DNA of 25,398 nt from Proteromonas lacertae (Eukaryota), in assembly GCA_002245135.1 (NCBI GenBank), contig NGBS01000029.1:62001-87398 (forward strand), written 5' to 3'. The notes under the pieces are model-generated. The model ran no database searches and was not told where the DNA came from. It saw nothing but the letters and a program-made list of their open reading frames with translations. Position numbers and translations under genes: made by a program. The first letter of the stretch is position 1, and each line of letters starts with the position of its first letter. Shown here piece after piece: positions 13,093-23,426 of the stretch.

Positions 13093-15302
13093 TTATTGTG
13101 GAGGTGGTTTTTGTTCTTTCTTTTTCTTTTCTTCTTCTTCTTTTCTCTTATATTCTTCACTTTCTAACTCTGATAATCTCATAGCTTCTTGCATCAATTC
13201 TTCTTCAGTCATTTCTGACAATTTCTTACCTGCACCAGCTGTTGATGATGATGTAGGTGGTGGTTGAGTATATCCACCGTAAGCATTACCAAATCCACTT
13301 CCCATTCCACCTAAACCTCCCATTCCTCCCATACTATTCATCATTTGCTGCATCATCTGTGGATTACTCATCATTTGTTGAGCCATCTGCATCATTTGTG
13401 GATCTTGCATCATCTGCTGTGCCATCTGCATCATTTGAGGGTTATTCATCATTGATGCTATATCACCAGCACCACCAGCACCACCACTCATCATTTGTTG
13501 AGCCATTTGCATCATTTCTATATAATAATAATTATTATTATTATATACGTGGATTCTGCATCATACTTTGAGCAGCATTCATTAGATTTGGGTTGTTTAA
13601 TAATGGATTATTAGCCATTCCTCCCATTCCAGGAAATCCACCAAATGGTTGTTGTTGTTGTTGTTGTTGTTGAGTATTAGTAGCTGGTCTTTGAGATGGT
13701 TTATTACCATCTAATATTGATAATGTTTCTGCAATTGTACCAATCATTTTATCATCAAATGTAAAACATTCTAATTCTTCTTCTATCGTATCTTTAAATC
13801 CAACAGAGTGGATTAGTGGAACTGAACCTGGTAAAGAGGATACTTTGTTAATAAATGCTTGATTTGTCTTTTTAATTGTTCTGAATTTAGGATCATTTGG
13901 ATGATTCATTATATTTGTTAATAACTTCTTTAATGTCTATATAGTAATAATAATAATAATAATGAAAAACATATATAAATATATATACATTGATTGCAGT
14001 AGAAAATGCAACAGATGAACATCTATTCTTAAACTTTTCATAGGCTTCAGGTATTGTTAGCTTCTTATCTTCATCTTTCACTGCCATCTTCGATTTATCT
14101 AAGCCTTCTACAGCACTATTCAATATATTATCAATATAAATTCTTGTCAATTGACCTTCATATTTATCAACTAATTCTTGTAATTTCCTTTGATCAGCAC
14201 CACTGAATTGATCTACTTTTACACCATTCAAATAGAATTGAAAAGTGGGGAAACTGTAGATACCTTGACTGGCTGACCATATTCTTTGTTCTGGTCCATT
14301 TGCTTTGAGAAAAACTGATCTTGGATGAGAGATAGCTAAAGACTCAAAAAATGGAGCAATCATTCTATGCAATACAATAAATAATTATATATACCTGCAA
14401 GGTGGGCAAGTAGTCATAAACCAATCAATAACAATCAATTTCGATTTATTCTTATACAATATTTCATTAAATTCAGATTCTGTAACTTCTTTTTCACCAT
14501 ATAAGGGTAATGGAGGAATATGACTATCTGGAATGTAATTATCAGTATATTGAATTGGATATTTCTTTATATATTCTTGGATATAATACTCTTCTTCTTT
14601 TAATTTCAATTCTGCTTCTTTTTGTTTCTTTAATTTTTCTGCTTCTAGTTTCTGTTGTAATAATTTTGTCTTTTCTTCTTCTTCCTTTCTCTTTAACTCT
14701 AATTGTTGTTTTTTTCTCTCTTCTTCTTCTTTCTTCTTTCTTTCTTCCTCCTCTTTGGCTTTTTGAAGTTCTAATTGACGTTGTCTTTCTGCTTCTGCTT
14801 TCTCTTCAGCTCTATATGTGAATAATTAATAAATTATCAATAATACAGTTTTCTTTCCAGCTCTTCTTGCTCTTTCTGTTTTCTTAATCTTTCTTCCTCT
14901 TCTAATCTTTTCTTTTCTTTTAATTCTTCAGCTTCTTTCTGTAATAATTCCTCATGTGCTTGATTTATTGCTGGATATTTCTCTTCACAATTTGATTCCA
15001 GTTCTTTATATGTTCTATAATAATTTAAAATCTTTTCACTTGTTGCTGGACCATATATAACTCTATCTGGATCTGTTTCTTCTGCCTTCTTTTTGAACTG
15101 TTCCATCTTTTCTGAAATCTCTTCTATTTCTTTTTTTATTTTTGATATTTTCTCAAACTAGCAAAAAGAGTGTGAAAAAGAAGAATACTTTCTGTTTTAC
15201 ATCGCCAATGCTATCTACTCCTGATAGATCAGTTTGTAATTGGTTGATTGTATTTTCCTATTAAATTGGATGTAATATCAATACGTATTTCTTAAAACTC
15301 AT
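13093..15302 (-). CDS. Coiled-coil + thioredoxin (CPPC) + PUB + STI1 repeats + UIM multidomain protein
   Basis: ATG 15302, several ~30-nt introns join the ORF fragments. Trx: VIDWFMTTCPPCR|MIAPFF...SFPTFQFY..GAD. PUB: HPNDPKFRTIKKTNQAF..VGF. STI1: MMNNPQMMQMAQQMM repeats. UIM: EEELMQEAMRLS. Confidence 0.82.
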
Positions 15303-15363
15303 TCAAAAAACAAAAAACTTCTTATAAAAAATTAATCCGTTTTCAACATAAAAATTTTATAAA

Positions 15364-18277
15364 ATGCTAAACATCACTATTGAGAATAAAAAGGAGGAAG
15401 AGACTGTTACAGTTAACGAAGATGATCAAAAAAGAATGAACCGAGCTAAAAATTTTATTCGTAGTAGATGGACTTTAGCACAAGTATAGAAAATCATATA
15501 TAAAACTTCAAATTTATTCTAATATTAATAGAAAAGTGCAAAGAACCGTATTGTTATTTACGCTATTGTGTTAATGCTACTTGGATTTCTTGTTCTTGGC
15601 TTATCATTCTTATTAGATCATTATGCGTATATATAACTGATTTATACATATCTTATTTTCATAGCCATATCACATGGATGTTTTATTTTGTTTTAGGAAT
15701 TGGAGCAGGATTAGCAGCATTAAACTTCATTCTGATTATTATTGTATTAAATCCACTCCCAGGTTTTAAGCAAATAATCAGATTCTACTATACTTTGATT
15801 GTATTTCTGAATATCGTCTTGTTGGTGGTTGCTATTCTCACATTTGTCATTCCCAACGAAGTAGCAGAATTTGCACAAGACAATATCTATGAAGAACAGG
15901 ATATTGAGAATTAGAAGAATTAATAAATAGCATTTATGATAAGATATTCATCATTGTGATAGTATTAGGTATTATATTATTCGTAATGGTTGGATTATTA
16001 ACAATAATGGCAATGCAAATGTCAGATATGGTAGGCTGGAAAAGATCCAATGAAATCATCATGTTAGTATGCGATTTAATCATTGTTGCACCTAGCTGCA
16101 TAGCTATCGTGATGGGATTCTATATATATGATACTGCACAGACAATCGATGCACCAAAGACTGGATTTATATTGTTTGTTGTTGGTGTATTGATGATATT
16201 TGTAATGATATTGAACTTATTAGGAAAAGTATGATATATATATATATATATTTAATAGGCATTATTTTCAAAGTTCTTTTATTACGCAACAGCTGCAATA
16301 TCAGGTGTTTGTGGTTTTGTATTATTCATATTTGGTATTGTTATTGTCATAATTAAATCTGACATTGTTAAATTTTGCGTTGATAAATGGAAAGTATTTC
16401 GTTTAGTATTAACACCGACTTTCATTGGTAAATATGATCCTTCATACTTTGAAGACTGGTTAAATCAATATATGAAATTAGGAGCTGCAATGTTAATCAT
16501 CTATGGTATAATATTAATGATATATGCTAAAACAAATCGTGATATTGGTAAGAAATTAGAATTGTTCATTTATTATCGATTATTTAGAAGTTTTGATCAA
16601 GATAATGATGGTAGAATATCAGCTGAAGAATTGAGTGATTTAATGTTATCTCAAGATATTGATGTAGATGAAGAAGATTTAAAAGATATGTTCTGGAATC
16701 ACAATATCATTGATGAAGATAAAGGATTAACATTAAATGCCTATTTTGATTTATGTGAATATAAAGAACACGTGTATGAATTAGCTGAATATATGGAAGA
16801 GAATAACATGTATGATCCTAATGAAATACATGAAAATGAATCGTTTAAAGTGACTGTGTTAAGAGCATATTTAGCATTCTATAATTTCCAATACGAATTG
16901 TATGAGGAGTTAGAAAGAAATAGTAAAAAATGTGCGCATAAATGCTTGGTATGTTTGATTGTTTTAGCATTTATTATTTTGATTATTATATTTGTTATCT
17001 TTGGATTATTCTTCTTATTCCCTGCTGTCTGTGAAAATATGACTGAAGAAAATGAATTTGAATTTGTGAATGTTGATAAAGAAACTAGAACCTTTACAAT
17101 TAGTAATAATGTTAATTTAGGAGATATTGAAGTAAAGAATGATGGTACAACTTTAGCAGGCACATGGTCAGCTGCTAGTAGAATAAAATCAATAGGAAAT
17201 AGTATAGAAGTCAGTACATTATTAAATGAAAAAGGTAAAAATAGATATGAAATTAATCCTGATGGTTCACCTGTTTTAGGTGTTGATTTTATGTGTCAAG
17301 TATTTGCCTTTAGATTATTATCTAAGTCTGGTGATACTACTTCATTTACTGAAGATATATTGAATTTGTATTCTTATTCTGAATTTAGTGGAATTGATTA
17401 TAATAATGATAATTTAGTATCATTTATTAATGCGAAATCAACTAATGGACCAATTAAACTGAGTAATTTCTATACTAAGAAATTAAATATTGAAACATGT
17501 ATAATTGATTATTTATTCTTTGTATTTTATTAATAGTAAGTGGAGATGTTAGTATCAATGAAGGAAGAGTTGAATGTGATATAAATGTACCAATTATCAA
17601 TATAGTTGGAGATAAGAACCAAGTAGACATAAATGGAATGGTTACTAAAAACTGCAAAAGTTTATTTATCAATGGAGTTGCTGGTAATTATATAATCAAT
17701 AATTTGTATATATAATAATATATTATTATTATTATCTAGAAGAGCTGAAAGTGATAATAGCGATATTGTTCCACAATTAATAATCATCTCTGAAAGAGGA
17801 GGTATAAAATTGAATAAAGTGAATTATCCTCGTATTAGAATAGATTATAAAGCAGGATCAGTAAATATAGAGGATGTAACTACTGATGAATTGTTAATAT
17901 CCACAACTGAAGCTACAGTTAATATTAATTTAGTAACTTTAAAAACTGGTGTTTTACAAATTGAAACTATATCAGGTAATACAATTATAAAGATTAAAAC
18001 TACCCAAGATCAATACCGCGGTATATATAACATTCAAACTAAAGGTGCTACTGATACTTCATTATTTAATAACACTCAGTTAATTCATAATAATAATGAT
18101 GGAATGAAAGATGAAACTGGAGCTTATACTGGTTATGTAGGTTGTTCTACTTATTATGCTTGCAGTTATTTAGGAAACATTATTGTTATGAGTAATACAG
18201 GTACTGTTACATTGCAAGATTATGATCAATATTGTGGAGTTAATGTTTGCAAACAACCTGAAAAAGAACAATTATAG
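15364..18277 (+). CDS. Multipass membrane protein: ~8 TM (two 4-TM repeats) + EF-hand + TM + beta-repeat (DUF4097/adhesin-like) extracellular region
   Basis: ATG 15364. ORFs 15678, 15956, 16472 and 17810 are joined by short introns and one -1 frameshift near 15908. EF loop FDQDNDGRISAEEL, TM CLIVLAFIILIIIFVIFGLFFLF, repeats such as AKSTNGPIKL, IETISGNTII and VMSNTGTVTL. Confidence 0.7.
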
Positions 18278-18408
18278 AAATAATCAACTTTGATTTACTA
18301 TTTTCTTTATTAATGGGATAGTTATTTGATATATACACATAAATAATATACATAAAAGTATTATATATACATATTAAATTGATATTAATATGAATTGTTA
18401 ATCACTCA

Positions 18409-18945
18409 TTATTTCTTTGTTGTTATTGATATTTTAGTTGTAATAGTTGGCTTTTTCTTTTTAGTGACTTTTGATACAGCTGGTTTTGAGTTTGTAACTT
18501 TAGAAACAGTTGGTTTAGATGGAGATGGTTTAACTGGAATAGGTGATAAACTAGGAATAGATTCAATCTTATTTCTTGGTGCTGGTTTAGGTTTTCTATT
18601 TGATGCTGAAAGTATTGGGGTTAAATCTGTTTCTACTTCTTTTGAATTCTATAAATTATAATAATGAATAATTTTTGTACATTTTTGGAGGCATTAGATA
18701 ATGAAGGCTTTGATGTAGTAGAATTTACACTTAGTGAAGCTATTACCGATAATAAAAAACAAATATATTACCTTCTTGTTTCAAAATATCGATTTCACTT
18801 TTTACTTGAGATATTCTGTATAGAGTACCTGCTAGAGCACATTCCAGAGTGTGGATCAGTCGATCTTGATCAGTAACTCGGTTATATAGCTTTGTTATAC
18901 CACTATACAAATTATCTAGTCCTGTTTGTTCATCAACAATATATA
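18409..18945 (-). CDS. 5'-truncated host gene (coiled-coil + S/P/K-rich tail), apparently interrupted by the adjacent element
   Basis: Two 32-nt GT..TAG introns (18740-18771, 18649-18680) splice in frame to ...DILKQEASLSV...KNNSKEVETDL...KISITTKK* (TAA 18409). There is no in-frame ATG upstream. Confidence 0.6.
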
Positions 18946-19063
18946 TGTATAACCGTAAGAATATCACTGTAGGTGGGTAACCCGTACCAGACTATTCTTA
19001 GGTGCCTTCTACAGGTAAGAATAAGCGATTTGAGTGTAAATTAGTTTTTGGTACGGGTTATAC
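18946..19063. repeat. Putative terminal region with nested inverted repeats
   Basis: TAACCCGTACCA (18978-18989) / TGGTACGGGTTA (19049-19060); TATTCTTA (18993-19000) vs TAAGAATA (18956-18963, 19016-19023); GTATAACC (18947-18954) / GGTTATAC (19056-19063). Confidence 0.75.
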
Positions 19064-19204
19064 TGGAGCAAGTGGTGAGTTTAAATTTCTTTATATATTT
19101 TAGTGTATGAGTAATTTTATGGGTTAAAATTTTTCTTTTGTTTTTTGTATATAATTTCATTTAACTTTTTCTTATTGTTTTTTATCAATCATAATTTCAA
19201 AAGA

Positions 19205-19546
19205 ATGTCAAGAATTTGGATCGAGAATGTTAATATAGAAGATAGAAATAAGCGTGAAGATGAAGACTTTGAAAGAATCTATGCAATCATTGAAAGTGAA
19301 GTAGCTAGAATAGTAGCTGAGCCACCTCCAGTAGTAATGTGGTATACTTCTGATACAGCTGATGAGGATGACAGAAAGTATGAAGAATGGCGTGCAATTC
19401 ATAAACCAACCAGAGTAGCACAAGCAACCATACGCCCTAGAAAATGGGTTGATCCTGAAGAAGAGCGCAGAAAAACAAAGATGTTAAAGCGTTATGGTAT
19501 TGATGAAAAAAACATCATTGAAGAAAGACTAAGATTTCATAACTAA
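19205..19546 (+). CDS. Element orphan protein, 113 aa, charged
   Basis: First ATG at 19205 (MSRIWIENV...), intron-less, coding-like composition. Confidence 0.7.
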   Translation: MSRIWIENVNIEDRNKREDEDFERIYAIIESEVARIVAEPPPVVMWYTSDTADEDDRKYEEWRAIHKPTRVAQATIRPRKWVDPEEERRKTKMLKRYGIDEKNIIEERLRFHN

Positions 19547-19674
19547 TTCTTAAATCATTGGTTTTAATTGAATTTTTGTTATTTGATTGGCTGAATAGAA
19601 ATAAACATAATATTACATAATTCTTTTCATTCATAAATTTCTTGCGATTTTTGAAATAATCTACATAAATTAAA

Positions 19675-20259
19675 ATGAGTGATATACAAAACGAATTAGA
19701 TGCTAATATTGAAAAACACTTACAAGAAGGTGAAATGTATGAGAATGATATGTCTGAAGTAAAATCATTAATTATTAAAGTATTCAAGGATATGTTGGAT
19801 GGTATGTATTCTGTGATTGAAGAGTATGAAGATGATCCAGAATGGAGTGAACAACCAGGTGATGATATTGATATAACAATGGAAGAAGAAGAAGTGAAGG
19901 AAGAAAAACAAAGTGAATCTAAATCTAAAAAAAGAAAGGATATAACAAAGTCAGATTCAGATTCACAAGTGTGTAGTACTTGTGGTAAGAAGAAAGCTAA
20001 TGATGAATTTGGTTATAAGAGTGAAGGTGTATTCTATAAATCTTGTACAGAGTGTAGAAATAAGAAGAAGAGAAGATATGAAGAAGTAAAGAAAGGAAGT
20101 GATAATAGTGGAGAAGATAAGAAGCGTAAAGTAGAGAATAGTTCCACTGCCGAGGGTCGACCAAAGGTAGATATTGCTAAAGTAGATTGTTCTACAAGTC
20201 CTATCCCGGGGGTAGCTACAGTAGATCTAACTACATCACCTACCTGTATAATTAATTAA
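19675..20259 (+). CDS. Element protein with acidic N-terminus and C4 zinc finger
   Basis: CSTCGKKKANDEFGYKSEGVFYKSCTECRNKKKRRY: two CxxC pairs followed by a basic NLS-like stretch. Confidence 0.75.
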   Translation: MSDIQNELDANIEKHLQEGEMYENDMSEVKSLIIKVFKDMLDGMYSVIEEYEDDPEWSEQPGDDIDITMEEEEVKEEKQSESKSKKRKDITKSDSDSQVCSTCGKKKANDEFGYKSEGVFYKSCTECRNKKKRRYEEVKKGSDNSGEDKKRKVENSSTAEGRPKVDIAKVDCSTSPIPGVATVDLTTSPTCIIN

Positions 20260-20323
20260 CTTTTGGTTTAAAATTCATTTTTATATTTCTATACGTTTTT
20301 ATATATAAATAATTTCACATAAT

Positions 20324-20707
20324 ATGCCATATAATTCATCTTTAGTTATGTTAGGTGATATGAAAGATACTTTAAATGGTTTGAAACAAGAACTGTATAT
20401 TTTATTAGGTTGTGTAGTTCTATGGGTTCTTTATAAATGCAAGAGAATATGTGCATGGTGTTATCATAAAGCCTGTCCTCCAGAATTAAGTGAAATATTA
20501 GCTGAGCCAGAACCTGCTGTTCAATTAGCATTAAGAAAATCTACTATTGTTTCTGCTATTCCATTTACTTTAACACCTGAAAATAGTAGAATAAATTCTA
20601 GAAATGCTAGTGATAATGAAGATGAAGAGCAATTAGAAACAGAAATAGAAATTATTCCTATTAATAAACCTGAGATTGAAATTCAAAAACCAATCATAAA
20701 TATTTAA
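20324..20707 (+). CDS. Element small single-pass membrane protein
   Basis: Hydrophobic LYILLGCVVLWVLY followed by Cys/basic KCKRICAWCYHKAC and a disordered tail. Confidence 0.7.
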   Translation: MPYNSSLVMLGDMKDTLNGLKQELYILLGCVVLWVLYKCKRICAWCYHKACPPELSEILAEPEPAVQLALRKSTIVSAIPFTLTPENSRINSRNASDNEDEEQLETEIEIIPINKPEIEIQKPIINI

Positions 20708-20889
20708 TTTTATATATAGTCTTTTTTTCGTATTTGATTTTTGAAAGTTATTTTTTGTACCCCCTTAAATATTACATAAAGAAAAACCGTTTTATTTTTC
20801 ATTCACACTTTTCTTACTCATTTTCAGTATTTTATTTTTTTCATTTTTTACTTTAATAGAAAATTAATTATTCAATCATTCAATCAAAA

Positions 20890-22061
20890 ATGCCAGCAGA
20901 CAGAGTCAAACAACCAACCAATTCAGAATTATGCTCCCAGCTTCCATTAAAGGGACAGGCTTATGAGTTCTATCAGAAAGTGAGTCGTAACATCCAGCAT
21001 TTAAAGACATTTTGCGACGAAATGTATATTCAAAGTTTGGCTTATGATGACAGCAAAAAATCAAAGAAGAAGCAAAGTCCACCACAATTCAACTATATCG
21101 AATTAGAGAAGTCAGCTACAGCAGTTTATTATTGCTTTTCATGTAAGTTTGATAATCAGAAGTTAATTCCCATTAAACATCTAGAGACATTAGATCAAAA
21201 TGAGTATATGAATTTATACTTTAGTGACGAAGAGATGAAGAGTATAGTAAAACCAGATGTAAAACAGATTAAACCTTTTATTCAACCTCAGTTAAAACAA
21301 CAACAACAACCACAACAAGAACCACCACCACCAACTGTACCTCAAAAACCTAAAAGAGTTTATAAAAGAAGAACTGATACTGTAAAGAAACCTAAAACAA
21401 AAGCAGTTATTGATAGTGATGATGAATTAATTCATTTAAAGAAAAGAAAGATTGTTAAGGATTCTGATTTTGTTGACGAACCAGTGGTATAATTGTGAAA
21501 GATACTGAATCAAGAACATCTGCTGATGATTTATTAAGTAGCCAAAGTCCTACCTTTACACCTCCAATGTCACCAAGGTCTGATACTACACTTCTTGATG
21601 TTACTGATATTGATATACTGGATGCTGAATTGAAATATTTTAATGCTGAAATAACTAAAAAAGATGAAGAAAAACAAAAAGAGATAGAAGAGAAAATTAA
21701 GCATCAAGATGCAGAGAGAAAGAAACAAGAAGATGAAGAAAAAAAGAAAAAACAACAAGAAGAAGAAAGAGTTAGAAAAGTACAAGAAGAAGCAGAGAGA
21801 AAGAGAAAACAAGAAGAAGCAGAAAAGAAAAGAAAAGAAGAATTAGTGGTTATTAGAATGCTTCAAGAAGAAGAGAATATGAGACAACAAGAAGAGTTAA
21901 GAAAGAAATGGGTATTAGAACAAAAGAGACAAATGGAAGAAAAGATGAAAAAAGAAAACGATGAATTAGAAAAGAAGATGGAAGAAGAGTTTAAGAAAAG
22001 AATTGAAGAAGAGAAAAGAAAGAAAGCTGAAGAGTTTGAGAAGATGATGAAGAACTTATAA
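20890..22061 (+). CDS. Element protein(s): ORF 20890-21492 plus coiled-coil ORF 21495-22061, probably one gene split by a -1 frameshift
   Basis: The second ORF starts at GTG two nt after the first stop. Adding one base at GTGGTATAATT gives continuous EPVVIIVKDTES. Q/P-rich linker, E/K-rich coiled coil. Confidence 0.65.
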
Positions 22062-22201
22062 GTATTAATATATACTTTAAATTTGTCTGGTTTATGCTTT
22101 AATCCATATACTTGAAAAAAGCACTTTGAATTCATTACTTTGATGAAAATTGGTGTTTGTTTTTATATGTAAAAAATAACATAAATAAAAAACATAAAAA
22201 A

Positions 22202-23360
22202 TTATACGAAATCATTAAATAGCGAATTTTTCTTATATACTCTACCATATCTACTTTTTCTGCCTTCTGGTACTGGTTGAATATCTGGTTCTATAGGTTG
22301 TGCTTCATTATTTATACTATGAATTTGTCTTAATCTAAACTTACCATTTGTTGTAATACTATTAACTGGTACTCTTTTTATTTCATGAGATTTGAATCTA
22401 TATGAGCCTATATCTCTAGGATTGAATTCTCTAGGTATTGTTCCATCCAAGTTCTTAACAGAATATGAAAATGGTCCAACTTTGTGTATTTGGTATACTT
22501 TATCAGTATAATAAGTAGTTTTTTGAAGTTTGTTATCTCTACGTTCTTTTATTCTGACAAAATCATCAGCTTTAAAATGAGTATCACTTTTACGCTTCTT
22601 TAAGTTTCTAGCATGGGATTCTTTATACAATCTATCTTGGACTTCAAAATCATTGAATACTTCATTTGGAGTTAGATTATTGAGTGCAGAATGTGGTTTT
22701 GCATTGTAATCATCTACAACAGTATATACTATATTACACAATGATTCAATATTGTTAATTTTATCAAATTCTTCATCAGAAAATGTATTAATTTTTCTAT
22801 AAAACATATCTTTAATAGTTCTCACACATCGATCCAATATTTTCATTATATTATGTTCATTACGTTCTTTAAGTATAAATCGTATATGATTTTTGTTAAA
22901 CAAATCTAAAAATTTCTTACCATAGATAATACCAGACTCTTCATCTGACAATATACTTCCTACAAAACGAGCGTTTTCATCCTTAGGTTGCATACCCTGA
23001 TAAAACCATTTTTCAAACACTGGATATACATCATTTTCTGATTTAGATTTAACATAATATATCCAACACTTACGACTAACAACTTCTATAATTAACAAAA
23101 TGGAACTTTTGTATTGTTGAAAAACACCAAATCTATTTGATATGACCCAGGTAACTTTTCAATTTCATATTTAATTCTATTCCTTTTAGTTGCAGTGATT
23201 TGATAATCTGGTTTAGACTCTACAAGTTCACTACTAGCTTTTTTAATGTCAGATTTTTAAAGTTATTCTCAAGTTCATTTACAGAGAAATTAATAAAGTC
23301 TCGTTTGTTTAAATAACCATATGTTTTGTATAACTCATTTATTTTATCTTGTAGTGACAT
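22202..23360 (-). CDS. Retroviral-like (rve) integrase, with two -1 frameshifts in homopolymers
   Basis: ATG 23360 MSLQDKINELYK.., shift near 23256, ..PGSYQIDLVFF.., shift near 23099, LLIIEVVSRKCW..ILSDEESG..ILDRCVRTIK..YNAKPHSALNNLTPNEV..FKADDFVRIK..VGPFSY. Confidence 0.88.
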
Positions 23361-23426
23361 TCAAACAATATATAAAAAAATATGAATGATATATATTTAA
23401 AGAATTAATGAATTAAAATAATTAAA

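Noticed and set aside
13340..13520. Tandem DNA repeats suggestive of an array
   Set aside because: They encode the STI1 MMQMAQQMM repeats. No CRISPR-like spacer structure.
365..18411. Stop codons completed by polyadenylation, or an alternative genetic code
   Set aside because: Every reconstructed gene ends in a genome-encoded TAA/TAG. Internal stops are explained by introns or indels.
18975..19075. tRNA, Pol III VA-like RNA, or pistol/hammerhead ribozyme
   Set aside because: No T-loop/B-box and no hammerhead core. TAAGCG and the A-box-like TGGAGCAAGTGG occur without the required context.
21570..22135. F/L/S-rich antisense ORFs (also 480-698, 637-819, 3129-3474, 13257-13571, 14510-14821, 16879-17163, 18395-18876, 23709-23984, 25103-25285)
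   Set aside because: Shadow frames of low-complexity or real coding sequence on the opposite strand or another frame.
23095..23262. Programmed -1 frameshifts in the integrase
   Set aside because: Neither site is an in-phase X XXY YYZ heptamer. Both are homopolymers one base short.
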